Of a stretch of 64,000 nt of DNA, positions 52,945-62,827 are shown piece by piece. Under the pieces are notes generated by a model, which was given only the letters and a program-made list of their open reading frames with translations, ran no database searches and had not been told where the DNA came from. This DNA is from an uncultured Prevotella sp. (GTDB lineage: Bacteria > Bacteroidota > Bacteroidia > Bacteroidales > Bacteroidaceae). The first letter of the stretch is position 1; each line of letters starts with the position of its first letter. The DNA is taken from the NCBI GenBank assembly GCA_902491375.1, contig CABUHE010000004.1, positions 40,499 through 104,498 on the forward strand. The letters are read 5' to 3'. The position numbers were made by a program, and so were the translations under genes.

Positions 52945-55485
52945 ATGTTTAAGGTTATATGGGATAAAGAAAACAATGGAGTTCGCCTAACGATGGCACC
53001 ACCGTCCGGCGAGGCTCTAAGTGTTTGTCCACGTCCCGTATTTTGGGAAGAACTCGACTTCCTTGGACTCGACCGAATAGGTTGGAGGTACCCTCATTGT
53101 GAAGAACCACTTCTGTGGGCCTGTGATCGCCGCTATTTTTACAAAGGTGAAATGGTACTTGAAACTAATGGAGGAGATCTATTTGAATCACATACTATTA
53201 CTTTTGTTGTCAACCCTCAGCTCAATATAGAGCCAGTCAATATGCAGGCTCTGAATAAAGCCAATGAGGATCCCATTTTTCTTATCGAACACGAAGCGAT
53301 GGAATTTATCAATGGGGAGTATCGCAAATATAAGGCTGCGGAAAAGGCAAAAGAGGTCAATCCAGATTTGGATTTTCAAGAATTGGCTTCAACACTATCG
53401 AAAAAGACTAAAATAGAACACGCTGTAGTAAAAGAGTCTTGTGATAGTTTTGATGTTATGCCTATTCAAGACATAGAGAAACTTGGGAAATCAGCCTTGC
53501 TAAAGAGTAAAATAGACATCTTTGTTTGCTCTTTCTCTGGAGGTAAGGATTCGCAAGTGGTTCTAGACCTTGTTACAAGAGTAATTCCCAGCGAAGATTT
53601 GGTCGTTATCTATTCTGACACTGGTTATGAATTGCCTCCGTCACTAGAACTGTACGATGAGGTGAAGACTTTTTATCATGAAAAGTATCCCGATTTACGT
53701 TTCTACGTCTCTAAGAACCATCAGAAGTTGATGTCATATTGGGATAGGATGGGAGCGCCAAGCCGTGTTTTACGCTGGTGTTGTAGCATTATGAAGTCTG
53801 CTCCACTAGCTCGCCTTTTGAAAGAAATCTGCGGTGGAGACAAGCAGCCTTCTGCGATACTTTTTGACGGGGTTCGTAACGAGGAAAGCGTTAACAGAGC
53901 TAACAGAAGCAGAATTGGCAAAAATGTGAAACATAACAATATCATCAATGTTAGCCCAATTATATCATGGAATGTTACAGAAACGTATTTGTACATTCTC
54001 CTTAAAGGACTTCCTTTTAACGCAGCATATCGTTTAGGGTTTTCAAGAGTTGGCTGTGTTATTTGTCCTTATTCGTCAAAATGGAGCGAGAATATAGCAT
54101 CAAAAGTATATCCGAACTCTATTCAACCCTTTATTGACAGCATTCGCTTGTCATTAGAAAAGTCTAAAGTACATGGCATTGACAATTACATCAAGCTAGG
54201 CAAATGGAAAGAAAGAGCTGGTGGTCGTACTGTTGAATGCCACTCGGACATATCATTCATTGAAGAAGGACAAGACTTCAAAGCAACTATTTCCAACCCA
54301 AGAGAAGATATTTTAACTTGGTTTGGAGTATTGGGCGAAATTCAAGGGGACTTTGAGAACAATATTTTTTCAGGAACTCTCAACTATAAGAAGAAAAGAC
54401 TAGTCAATTTTAAAATAACCTATGGCTCACAAAATATTTCAATCGTCGAAGTAAATGGGACGGAGAACGATGTGGTATTTATAAGCCACATAAAAAGGGT
54501 TCTCTATAAAGCTACTTATTGCATTCACTGCGAAGTTTGCGAAGTTGAGTGCCCGACCGGGGCTCTCTCTGTTGTTCCCACAGTTAAAATTAATAAAAAC
54601 AAATGTATACATTGCTTGAAATGTATCGAGTTTGATGGCAAAGGTTGCCTTTCCGCAAGTTCGGTCAGCATCTCGAGCGGAGAAAAAACTAATAAAATGC
54701 AATCAATTAAATCCGGCATTAACCGTTACAACGACGGCATGGGACTTCGTGAAACGTGGCTAAAAAAATATTTTGCCACATATGAAACGTTTTTTGACAA
54801 CGATAACCATGGTCTAAATCCACGTTATCAGATTCCTCCTTTCACTAACTGGATTCGTGAAGCAGGGATTCTCAATTTATCAGATAAATCTATTTCTCCG
54901 ATTGGCAAAATAATGGCTAACGCCTTTGCAGACCATGCTGAAACTGTATGGGAAATCATCTGGGTTAATCTCACTGAAAACTCTGAGATTGCTAAATGGT
55001 TTAGTTCAACCATACCTTACGGTCGTAACGTCACAAAACATGAGCTTGAAATTATGATTCAAGACTCTTACCCTGATTTGAAGGATCGTACATTAAAAAA
55101 TCCATTGAACTCTCTGTTGAATACGTTCAAAGAAAGTCCGTTGGGATTCGCTGTTGCTGTACCTACTACGATTGACCGCAAACCGGGCGTAATCCGTAAA
55201 TCGCACAACGATATCTCGCTCGTAGCCACAGCATACTCGTTGTACCGTTACGCTGAGAAAAACGATCGTTATTTGCTAACCGTATCGGAGTTCTACAATC
55301 CTAACCAGACAGAAGGTATCGTCTGTCAGTTCGGCATAGAGCGTGAAGATTTTGAGGCAACCCTTCGTTCACTGGAACAGGAGCAAAATCAGGTACTCCG
55401 TGCCGAACTGAAGATGGGGCTTGACAATATTATCCTCCGTGATGATCTGACTTCAGAAGATATCATCAAACTTATGTTGAAATAA
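52945..55485 (+). CDS. brxP: BrxP: PAPS-reductase-family protein with ferredoxin and DUF4007-like domains
   Basis: PP-loop SFSGGKDS, RWCC and RVGCVICP, 4Fe-4S motifs CIHCEVCEVECP and CIHCLKC, C-terminal LRETWL-type domain. First gene of the BREX-4 order. Confidence 0.88.
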   Translation: MFKVIWDKENNGVRLTMAPPSGEALSVCPRPVFWEELDFLGLDRIGWRYPHCEEPLLWACDRRYFYKGEMVLETNGGDLFESHTITFVVNPQLNIEPVNMQALNKANEDPIFLIEHEAMEFINGEYRKYKAAEKAKEVNPDLDFQELASTLSKKTKIEHAVVKESCDSFDVMPIQDIEKLGKSALLKSKIDIFVCSFSGGKDSQVVLDLVTRVIPSEDLVVIYSDTGYELPPSLELYDEVKTFYHEKYPDLRFYVSKNHQKLMSYWDRMGAPSRVLRWCCSIMKSAPLARLLKEICGGDKQPSAILFDGVRNEESVNRANRSRIGKNVKHNNIINVSPIISWNVTETYLYILLKGLPFNAAYRLGFSRVGCVICPYSSKWSENIASKVYPNSIQPFIDSIRLSLEKSKVHGIDNYIKLGKWKERAGGRTVECHSDISFIEEGQDFKATISNPREDILTWFGVLGEIQGDFENNIFSGTLNYKKKRLVNFKITYGSQNISIVEVNGTENDVVFISHIKRVLYKATYCIHCEVCEVECPTGALSVVPTVKINKNKCIHCLKCIEFDGKGCLSASSVSISSGEKTNKMQSIKSGINRYNDGMGLRETWLKKYFATYETFFDNDNHGLNPRYQIPPFTNWIREAGILNLSDKSISPIGKIMANAFADHAETVWEIIWVNLTENSEIAKWFSSTIPYGRNVTKHELEIMIQDSYPDLKDRTLKNPLNSLLNTFKESPLGFAVAVPTTIDRKPGVIRKSHNDISLVATAYSLYRYAEKNDRYLLTVSEFYNPNQTEGIVCQFGIEREDFEATLRSLEQEQNQVLRAELKMGLDNIILRDDLTSEDIIKLMLK

Positions 55486-55500
55486 TTGACCCGTAAATTC

Positions 55501-58500
55501 ATGGCAACAAAATATTCAGACTTCATCCACTTGCAGGACTTCCTTCCGGTATATGACATATTGGAAGAAGGGACTTCTTCGTGGCAATCATTCATCCCAA
55601 CGGCTCAATTCAATGAGATGCTCCAACGCTCGCTCATCGCAATTACCAGCAGCGAGATAAGTAAAAGAAGAAGCGTCTGGGTACGCGGTACTTTCGGCAC
55701 CGGTAAAAGTCACGCAAGTGCAGTGGTCAAACACCTGCTTTGTGATGACTATGATTCAATCAAGACATATATAGAAAATATAAATGATCCGGCGCTTAAA
55801 TCCCAAGTAAGAAACCTTCGCCAAAATAAACGCTACTTCGCCGTAACACTTAAGGGCGTTCAACAAGCATATGACATTCCACGCTTCACATTGTCGCTAC
55901 AGCGCGAGGTGTCAAAAGCTGTCAAGGCTGTTGCGCCAGACTTCGTAGTCAATTCTGATTTTACAGCCGCCATAAACTGGATTGAGGGGCATCGACGCAT
56001 TTTTGAGGAAGAAGTCATCCCCAACGCAAAAGACCTTGCAGACAACATTAATACCGCTGATGAAGCCATTACATTCCTTAAGAACTACAATCCAGGAATG
56101 TATATTACCATTGAAAATGCCATCCGTGAAACCATTGGCTCTGTTTTTGAGCAAACGGCGATTGCAGAATGGCTCGCTGAAGTTGAACAGGAACTAGAGA
56201 AGCGCAGTATTGCTAACGGGCTCATCATTTTTTGGGATGAGTTTACATCTGTAATGGATACATTAAAAAGCGACCGAATCAACCTTCTCCAAAATATTGC
56301 AGAGAAATCACAGCATCACAACGTATTCCTGTTCCTTATCTCTCACCGTGTAGAATCGCAAAGCACCGACAACAAAGCGAAGGACATAACGAAGATGAGT
56401 GATCGATTCGACGAAATTGACTATAAGATGGATAGCCTGAGCACATATTTGATTATGCGCCACAGCTTTACCATTCCAAATATCGAATCGAATGAGCAGT
56501 TTAAGACATTCAAAAATATTGTACTCCCGAAAATCGGAGAAGTGCTTGACTTCCTGACACATGGCAATGCCGAACAGGTAGGCCATATCAAGGAACTCCT
56601 CCCAATGCATCCTTATACGGCCTTTCTTTGTTCGGAAGTATCGAACTTCATAGGTTCTTCAAATCGAAGCGTCATTAAGTTCATGCACGATAACGACTCC
56701 GGCTTCGAAGCATTCCTCAATAACGAAAACTGTTATGATGGGGATATGCTGATGACAGCTGACACTCTGTGGGATTTCTTTTATCCTACATTTGATGCAG
56801 ACCCTGGTAGCGTAACGTTCACAGGTCTGTTCAACTCGTTTAAAGACAAAGTGCGTGCTCAAGGTGAAGACTATTTGCGAGTTTTTAAAGTAATTTTGCT
56901 GCTTAACGCACTATCGCCCAAGTTCAAGAAGTCAATCGAACTAATGACACCAAATGACCACGTACTCCGTTGCATGTTTGCCGGCGATCGTGTTTACAGT
57001 AAAGTCATTGACATCCTGAACTATCTCGATGAGAACAAAATTGTAGTCCGCGACATCTTTGGTGAGTTCAAAATTCGTGGTACTTCCTACAATCAGAATG
57101 AGATGAACAAACGTCGGCAGGACGAACAGTCTGCATATAAGACGTCTATTTCTGTTCTTGATTATGACACTGTCAGCAAAGAAGACCTCGGTGGGCTGTT
57201 CCAAATAGGCGTTTCTGTTAAGCGAGAAACTGCCGTTCAGTTCTTCTCATGCGAGGATAGCGAGCAACTCCTTCGCAGTAGGCTGAATAAGTTCACGTCT
57301 GACAAGCCCAACTATATACACGTCGCGTTTTTCCTCGCCCTTGATGAAGAAAACCGTGAAATAAAATCGACTCTGCTCAACAATTTCTCTAAGGAATTTG
57401 AAAATCTGGTTATTGTGCTTGCTGAAGAAACATTCTCAACACAAGCATATAATAAATTCATTGATGCTGTGGCTACATCTAAAGTTGCTCGTAGTCATTT
57501 CAATGAATCTGAGGCTAAGGAATTTGAGAAAGCGGCTCATGCTTTTGTCTCAAAGTGGATTACACAACTTCGGCACAACACCTATAATGTCTATTTCAAT
57601 GGAGAGTCTTATCGTGAAGGAACAATAGACCAACTTCCAGACCTTCTTAACAATAAGCTCTGTACTAAAATTTATAATATGGGATTTGAGACTATGCGTT
57701 TTCCAAAGGGTGTTGTGCCTCCCATGACATTCTACAAAGACGGCAACTGTCCGAAAGTTATACAACAAATACTACAAGCGCAAAACCGTGATCAGCTAAC
57801 ATCACACGGCAGCAGTGCTTCGCCGCTAAAATATCTTTTTGAGGAAAACGGAAATACACTTGTCAAAGCAGATGGAGTGCTTTCGGAAAATGCTCTTAAT
57901 GGGCATTCGTGGCTGGTAGAAATTTGTCATCATGTAGAAAAATGCATGGAAAAAGCACGCAAGGAATACGCTGATAAATTCAGTTTGCCTGTAGTGCTCG
58001 CTTCGTTCATAAAGCCGCCCTATGGCATGTTCACTTCCATGCTGAATTGTGCAGCTATAGCATACGCTCTCCGCCAATATAAGTCTGAGTTGTTTCAAAC
58101 AACTATCTCACAGCCCATTTCTGACGAGGCTCTGTGTACCATGGTAACCGACTTATTCAAGATGTGGAAGGACGGTAAATCTGATTCAAACTCAAAGATG
58201 TTTCTTCGCTTTGGCTCGAAGGAAGAAAGTGACCTTACTAAGTTGCTTTATGACACTTTCGACCTTGCCCACACAATTAAGGCAAAACTTGATGATGTTA
58301 AAAGTCTCGACAATGCAAAATGGTACATTCAAGAATTCTGCAAACTATATGCAAAACAGCCTCTGTGGACTCTTATTCATATTCCGGGTTTATCGGAAGA
58401 TTTAAAGAATGCAATACAATCACTTATTGCAATTTTCGCTCAGGAAACTCTTTCGGTCGAGAAAATCAAAGCGATTTATCGTGACATCAAAAACAACCAT

Positions 58501-58944
58501 GTGGAACTTCTAATACTTATCACCAATGTTGATAATTACGAAAAAGGATTCATAAATTTCGTTGATAGCATAGAAGGTGTCAAAATCGAGAAAGCATGGT
58601 GGAACGAGATGCTTGAAAAACTCTCGCAACTCCCAAGTGAAATTGCATTCCGCAAGGAGTCTGATGTTGAGAAAGCCATCTACCAGTTCTATATCCGTAA
58701 AACCTCTGGTAATGGCGGACAGAATGGAGAAGGCGATGATAGTAGCGGCAATGGTGAAAACGGCAACAATAGTGGTAATGATGGAGGCTCTAACAATGAA
58801 AACAAGACCCCTAAAACGGACATCGTTAAGCAGGCCAAAGAGAAAATCAAGACCACAAATATGCCAAACACCATGTGGCAAATGGCCATACTTAATCTAC
58901 TGGAACAGTATCCTGAAACCGCAGATTTTTTTAATCGACTATAA
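55501..58944 (+). CDS. brxC: BrxC/PglY-type large P-loop ATPase
   Basis: Walker A GTFGTGKS, Walker B IIFWDEF, LPMHP, SSNRS, located between brxP and pglZ. Confidence 0.82.
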   Translation: MATKYSDFIHLQDFLPVYDILEEGTSSWQSFIPTAQFNEMLQRSLIAITSSEISKRRSVWVRGTFGTGKSHASAVVKHLLCDDYDSIKTYIENINDPALKSQVRNLRQNKRYFAVTLKGVQQAYDIPRFTLSLQREVSKAVKAVAPDFVVNSDFTAAINWIEGHRRIFEEEVIPNAKDLADNINTADEAITFLKNYNPGMYITIENAIRETIGSVFEQTAIAEWLAEVEQELEKRSIANGLIIFWDEFTSVMDTLKSDRINLLQNIAEKSQHHNVFLFLISHRVESQSTDNKAKDITKMSDRFDEIDYKMDSLSTYLIMRHSFTIPNIESNEQFKTFKNIVLPKIGEVLDFLTHGNAEQVGHIKELLPMHPYTAFLCSEVSNFIGSSNRSVIKFMHDNDSGFEAFLNNENCYDGDMLMTADTLWDFFYPTFDADPGSVTFTGLFNSFKDKVRAQGEDYLRVFKVILLLNALSPKFKKSIELMTPNDHVLRCMFAGDRVYSKVIDILNYLDENKIVVRDIFGEFKIRGTSYNQNEMNKRRQDEQSAYKTSISVLDYDTVSKEDLGGLFQIGVSVKRETAVQFFSCEDSEQLLRSRLNKFTSDKPNYIHVAFFLALDEENREIKSTLLNNFSKEFENLVIVLAEETFSTQAYNKFIDAVATSKVARSHFNESEAKEFEKAAHAFVSKWITQLRHNTYNVYFNGESYREGTIDQLPDLLNNKLCTKIYNMGFETMRFPKGVVPPMTFYKDGNCPKVIQQILQAQNRDQLTSHGSSASPLKYLFEENGNTLVKADGVLSENALNGHSWLVEICHHVEKCMEKARKEYADKFSLPVVLASFIKPPYGMFTSMLNCAAIAYALRQYKSELFQTTISQPISDEALCTMVTDLFKMWKDGKSDSNSKMFLRFGSKEESDLTKLLYDTFDLAHTIKAKLDDVKSLDNAKWYIQEFCKLYAKQPLWTLIHIPGLSEDLKNAIQSLIAIFAQETLSVEKIKAIYRDIKNNHVELLILITNVDNYEKGFINFVDSIEGVKIEKAWWNEMLEKLSQLPSEIAFRKESDVEKAIYQFYIRKTSGNGGQNGEGDDSSGNGENGNNSGNDGGSNNENKTPKTDIVKQAKEKIKTTNMPNTMWQMAILNLLEQYPETADFFNRL

Positions 58945-58946
58945 AA

Positions 58947-61394
58947 ATGGATGCAACCGACAAAGTAATAGTATTTCACTCGCTTGATGACCTTAAGGAG
59001 GCTATTAGCGTTGACGTAAAGTCACATGATGTGCTAGCACAACGATATTGTGTACGTTTCATCATGTTGAATAACTTTGATGCATTCCGAGAACTAACCA
59101 AGTTTCTTGTTTTGGAACTTGGCGTGGAAAAGTTCGATCTTGAAAAGCTTGCGTTAGGCTCGGACAAAACTATTGACATTGATACTCTGAGCGATGCCGT
59201 ACGGAACTTGAAGGTTTCTAGCATCGTAACACCCTTCTCTGAACTTGCTCGATTTTTCAAAGAGGACGAGTTCAAAGGTTTCTTTAATGATATTATCTTA
59301 TCTGAAGATATTGCACATCCTCAAAAGCGAATTTATATTCCCATCATCGGGCTGCATAACCGATTTACAGACTTTCTCAAATCCTTTGGACGCATTGAAG
59401 AGAGTGCCCCCATTTGGCAATATTATACGCCTAAGGACGATAAGGTAATGGTATACGTCTCAAAATTCAAAAACTACACCATTCCTGACAAACTTAATAT
59501 TTGCTCATTGCCAACCATGCGTGATTGGCTTAGTTTCTGGAAGAAGCAGGCACCTAAAGATAAAATCTTGTGTGGCGCATCACCAATTCTAAACCGCTGG
59601 CCGAATGCCAAGCCGGACTCAATATTCACATTCCAGTCTGTAGATAACTCGCATAAGTTCATAACCGACTTCCTTGAAATATCATTGCCCATAGAATATA
59701 AGGAATCAGAATTGGAATATTGGGACGCAATGCTTCAAAACATCGACAAGAACTCCGCTCAGCTGTTCGACTTTCCGAGCTATGTTGAAGACTTATTTAA
59801 TCGGAAAACGATAACTGCAAACGATATTCTTTTGCTTTGGGCAGAAGATGAAACACTGGCTTATGAGCGTTGGCTTCTTAAAGCTTACGCACTTGCTTAC
59901 AAAGGGGATGAACTGTCGGGGTATATGCGCGATGTCCTTCATGAGATCGACGACTTTAAGATTGCCAACACATTGTTTGTCAATCTCACCGAGCGGATAT
60001 TCTATATGACTAATGCGGAACGTCTTCAAAACTTCGACAGCCGCAAATATATTATGCAATCTCAGCGCGAATTGTTCCGCACACTTGTTCCTGAGGAACA
60101 CCAGTCATGGATCAAGAATCATATCATTGAAATAGCTCAAAAGGACGATAACCTTTCTCAAGCAAAACGACTTTGTACTGCCACCTTTGACTTTGAGAAA
60201 ATCTTGTTTCTCGGATGGTATGTTCTTAGGGCTGAGAAAGACTTCGGTTTGTCATACCTTAAAGAATTTTATCCCGACCTCGCCGGGTATCTTACTGCTT
60301 ATGAATCTGTTGCGACCAAAGTTACAGCCTCGTGGGCAGCTGATTATCTTGAGCGATTCCGCAGGGCAAAGATGGTTGATAATTACACCGAAGAACTCAA
60401 GGAAATTGTGGAGGAACGCAACGCGAGTGCCGAATCTTTTTATAATTGGTACTACTCGTTTCAGAATAGTCACGATTTGCTGAATGAAATTCAGAATGGT
60501 CAAGTTTACCCCATAGACAAAATCTATTGGGTGGACGGTCTCGGCGCAGAATTTATTCCGTTCATTCACTACCTGCTTGAAAACTCACAGAGCAGTTATG
60601 AAACCGTACTTTCGCAAATCGCTCGCACAACCATTCCATCGAACACACACCTTAACTCGTTTGATGTTGACAACCATCTCATCTTTAAACTCAATGCGCT
60701 CGACGAACTTGCACACGAAGGCCACTATCAAAAATATGCGACTCTAGTTGCAGAGCTGGAAACTGTTAAAGCAGTTATTCACAAAATTCTTGACGATAAT
60801 AAAGTCGGTAAACACACTATCGCCATTGTGTCGGATCATGGACTTAGTTCTATGTCCCGCAAGTGCGACTCGCTGAAGATTGATTCCAAAACAAAGCATG
60901 AAGGCCGATATGTACCCCTTGTAGATGATTGTACGATGGTCAGCGACATTGATTTCGTGGTTCACGAAAATGAACGCGACCATAAGAAATATAAAGTAGC
61001 TCTCAGACATCAGTCGCTTGGTGTCAAACCGACACACGAGGTACATGGCGGTGCCACGCCTGAAGAAGTGCTTGTTCCATTCATTGTTATTTCCAATGAT
61101 GATGCATCGAAGTCTCTAAAATACACGATTGTACCAGTCGAGGCTAAGGTGCCCATTTCCGACAGGAAGGTCGCATTTAAGATTATTCCTGAGCCTCAGT
61201 CCTCCAAGGCCATATTCAATGGTCAAGAGATAGCTCTTATTCGCCATGGCATGCAATGGGAGGGTATCATCTCCAATGCAACCGAGGGCAAACATCACAT
61301 CACGGTCATTCCTTTCAGAGGGAAACCTGTGCAATTGGAAATTGAATTCTTTGGTATGGGCTTTAGCTCAGGTCTTGATTTAGATGACTTTTAA
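58947..61394 (+). CDS. pglZ: PglZ alkaline-phosphatase-superfamily protein (BREX-4)
   Basis: WVDGLG, PSNT, VSDHG, HGGATPEEVLVP. Confidence 0.92.
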   Translation: MDATDKVIVFHSLDDLKEAISVDVKSHDVLAQRYCVRFIMLNNFDAFRELTKFLVLELGVEKFDLEKLALGSDKTIDIDTLSDAVRNLKVSSIVTPFSELARFFKEDEFKGFFNDIILSEDIAHPQKRIYIPIIGLHNRFTDFLKSFGRIEESAPIWQYYTPKDDKVMVYVSKFKNYTIPDKLNICSLPTMRDWLSFWKKQAPKDKILCGASPILNRWPNAKPDSIFTFQSVDNSHKFITDFLEISLPIEYKESELEYWDAMLQNIDKNSAQLFDFPSYVEDLFNRKTITANDILLLWAEDETLAYERWLLKAYALAYKGDELSGYMRDVLHEIDDFKIANTLFVNLTERIFYMTNAERLQNFDSRKYIMQSQRELFRTLVPEEHQSWIKNHIIEIAQKDDNLSQAKRLCTATFDFEKILFLGWYVLRAEKDFGLSYLKEFYPDLAGYLTAYESVATKVTASWAADYLERFRRAKMVDNYTEELKEIVEERNASAESFYNWYYSFQNSHDLLNEIQNGQVYPIDKIYWVDGLGAEFIPFIHYLLENSQSSYETVLSQIARTTIPSNTHLNSFDVDNHLIFKLNALDELAHEGHYQKYATLVAELETVKAVIHKILDDNKVGKHTIAIVSDHGLSSMSRKCDSLKIDSKTKHEGRYVPLVDDCTMVSDIDFVVHENERDHKKYKVALRHQSLGVKPTHEVHGGATPEEVLVPFIVISNDDASKSLKYTIVPVEAKVPISDRKVAFKIIPEPQSSKAIFNGQEIALIRHGMQWEGIISNATEGKHHITVIPFRGKPVQLEIEFFGMGFSSGLDLDDF

Positions 61395-61396
61395 TT

Positions 61397-62827
61397 ATGA
61401 GTGAAATTGGTGATAAAATCAGGCAGGTTTTCAGAGAATCTGCTGTCTATAAGAATCCAGTCAACAATGAAGTATTCGTTGGCCGTAATCTGCCATCATT
61501 CGTCAAGGACTATCTGATAGCCACGCATATTGATCAAAACGGCAAACTACGTCGTGATGATCTTGTTAGATTCCTCGATGAACACATACCCCTTAATCCG
61601 AATGCTATTCGCAGCCGCCTCATGCAAGGCGATGTTATTACTCTGCTTACTCGTTTTGAGATAAGCACAAACATCGCCAAAAACAAGACACAGTTCCAAA
61701 TTCCGGAAATGGGTATAAAGATGGCGGATACGGAAATACCACCGCGTGTCGTAGACCAAAATCCCGATGATTTGATTGACGGAGAAAAGTGGGGAATTAT
61801 CAAACTTGTTTATATTCCACCGCAAGATAAAGAGAGGGGGTATATTGAAATGTCGAAATATAAACCTTTCCGTCCACTCGAACGTCTCGATCTCAATTCG
61901 TTCAGAGAGTGCCGTAAGAAATTTACAACCGATGAATGGATTGATGTGCTTATTTCGGCTATGGAGTACACTCCATCAGCCTTTTCTGGCAAAACTCAAA
62001 AACTGGAGTTTCTGGCTCGTTTGCTACCGTTCATCGAGCCTCGTCTAAACCTGATTGAACTGGCACCCAAGGGCACGGGTAAATCCTATGTTTTCGGCAA
62101 TTTGTCAAAGTTCGTTTGGCTCATTGGTGGGGGTAAAGTTTCCCGTGCCAAGCTCTTTTATGACAAGTCCCGCAAGACACCAGGAATTATGCTCCATCAT
62201 GACCTTGTTGCACTTGATGAGATTCAGTCTATTACTTTCACTGATACCATGGAGATGCGTTCTATTCTTAAAAACTATCTCGAATATGGTAAGACCAACG
62301 TTGATAATTACGAATTCATGTCTGAGTGTGGCCTAATTCTTCTTGGTAATATACCTTTATCAGAAGATGGTTTCCCAATGTCCGATAACTATGTAGAAGA
62401 ACTTCCAGAAGCATTTAAAGAGTCTGCTCTTCTCGACCGATTCCACGGGTTTATAGAAGGTTGGTTACTCCCACGCATTACCAATGACATGGCACTGTGC
62501 GACTGGACCTTGAACGTAGAATTCTTCTCGGAGGTCCTACACCAACTCAGAACCGCAACGGAGTATGCTACAATTGTAAATCAATCTATCGCAGTTCCGG
62601 AGGGTGCCGATATGCGCCATCTGAAAGCCGTAAAGCGTATTGCTTCAGCCTATCTGAAGCTGCTGTTTCCACACGTTCTCAAAAAGGAGGATATGGATAT
62701 TGCAGAGTTTTATACATATTGTTTAAAACCGGCTGTTCATCGTCGAGATATTATTCGTCGTCAATGTGCAAACATCGACCGTGAAAGTTCCTTCTCCAAA
62801 CCCATGCCAATATTTGAATTAAAGTAA
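61397..62827 (+). CDS. brxL: BrxL AAA+ protein with no recognisable Lon protease domain
   Basis: RKKFTTDEWIDVLI, ELAPKGTGKS, VALDE, ALLDRFHGFIEGW. The protein ends at 476 aa. Confidence 0.92.
   Translation: MSEIGDKIRQVFRESAVYKNPVNNEVFVGRNLPSFVKDYLIATHIDQNGKLRRDDLVRFLDEHIPLNPNAIRSRLMQGDVITLLTRFEISTNIAKNKTQFQIPEMGIKMADTEIPPRVVDQNPDDLIDGEKWGIIKLVYIPPQDKERGYIEMSKYKPFRPLERLDLNSFRECRKKFTTDEWIDVLISAMEYTPSAFSGKTQKLEFLARLLPFIEPRLNLIELAPKGTGKSYVFGNLSKFVWLIGGGKVSRAKLFYDKSRKTPGIMLHHDLVALDEIQSITFTDTMEMRSILKNYLEYGKTNVDNYEFMSECGLILLGNIPLSEDGFPMSDNYVEELPEAFKESALLDRFHGFIEGWLLPRITNDMALCDWTLNVEFFSEVLHQLRTATEYATIVNQSIAVPEGADMRHLKAVKRIASAYLKLLFPHVLKKEDMDIAEFYTYCLKPAVHRRDIIRRQCANIDRESSFSKPMPIFELK

Noticed and set aside
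52945..55485. Housekeeping cysH or a classical dndABCDE/sspABCD cluster
   Set aside because: The neighbouring pglZ and brxL define BREX type 4, and no cys, dndB/D/E or sspE genes are seen.
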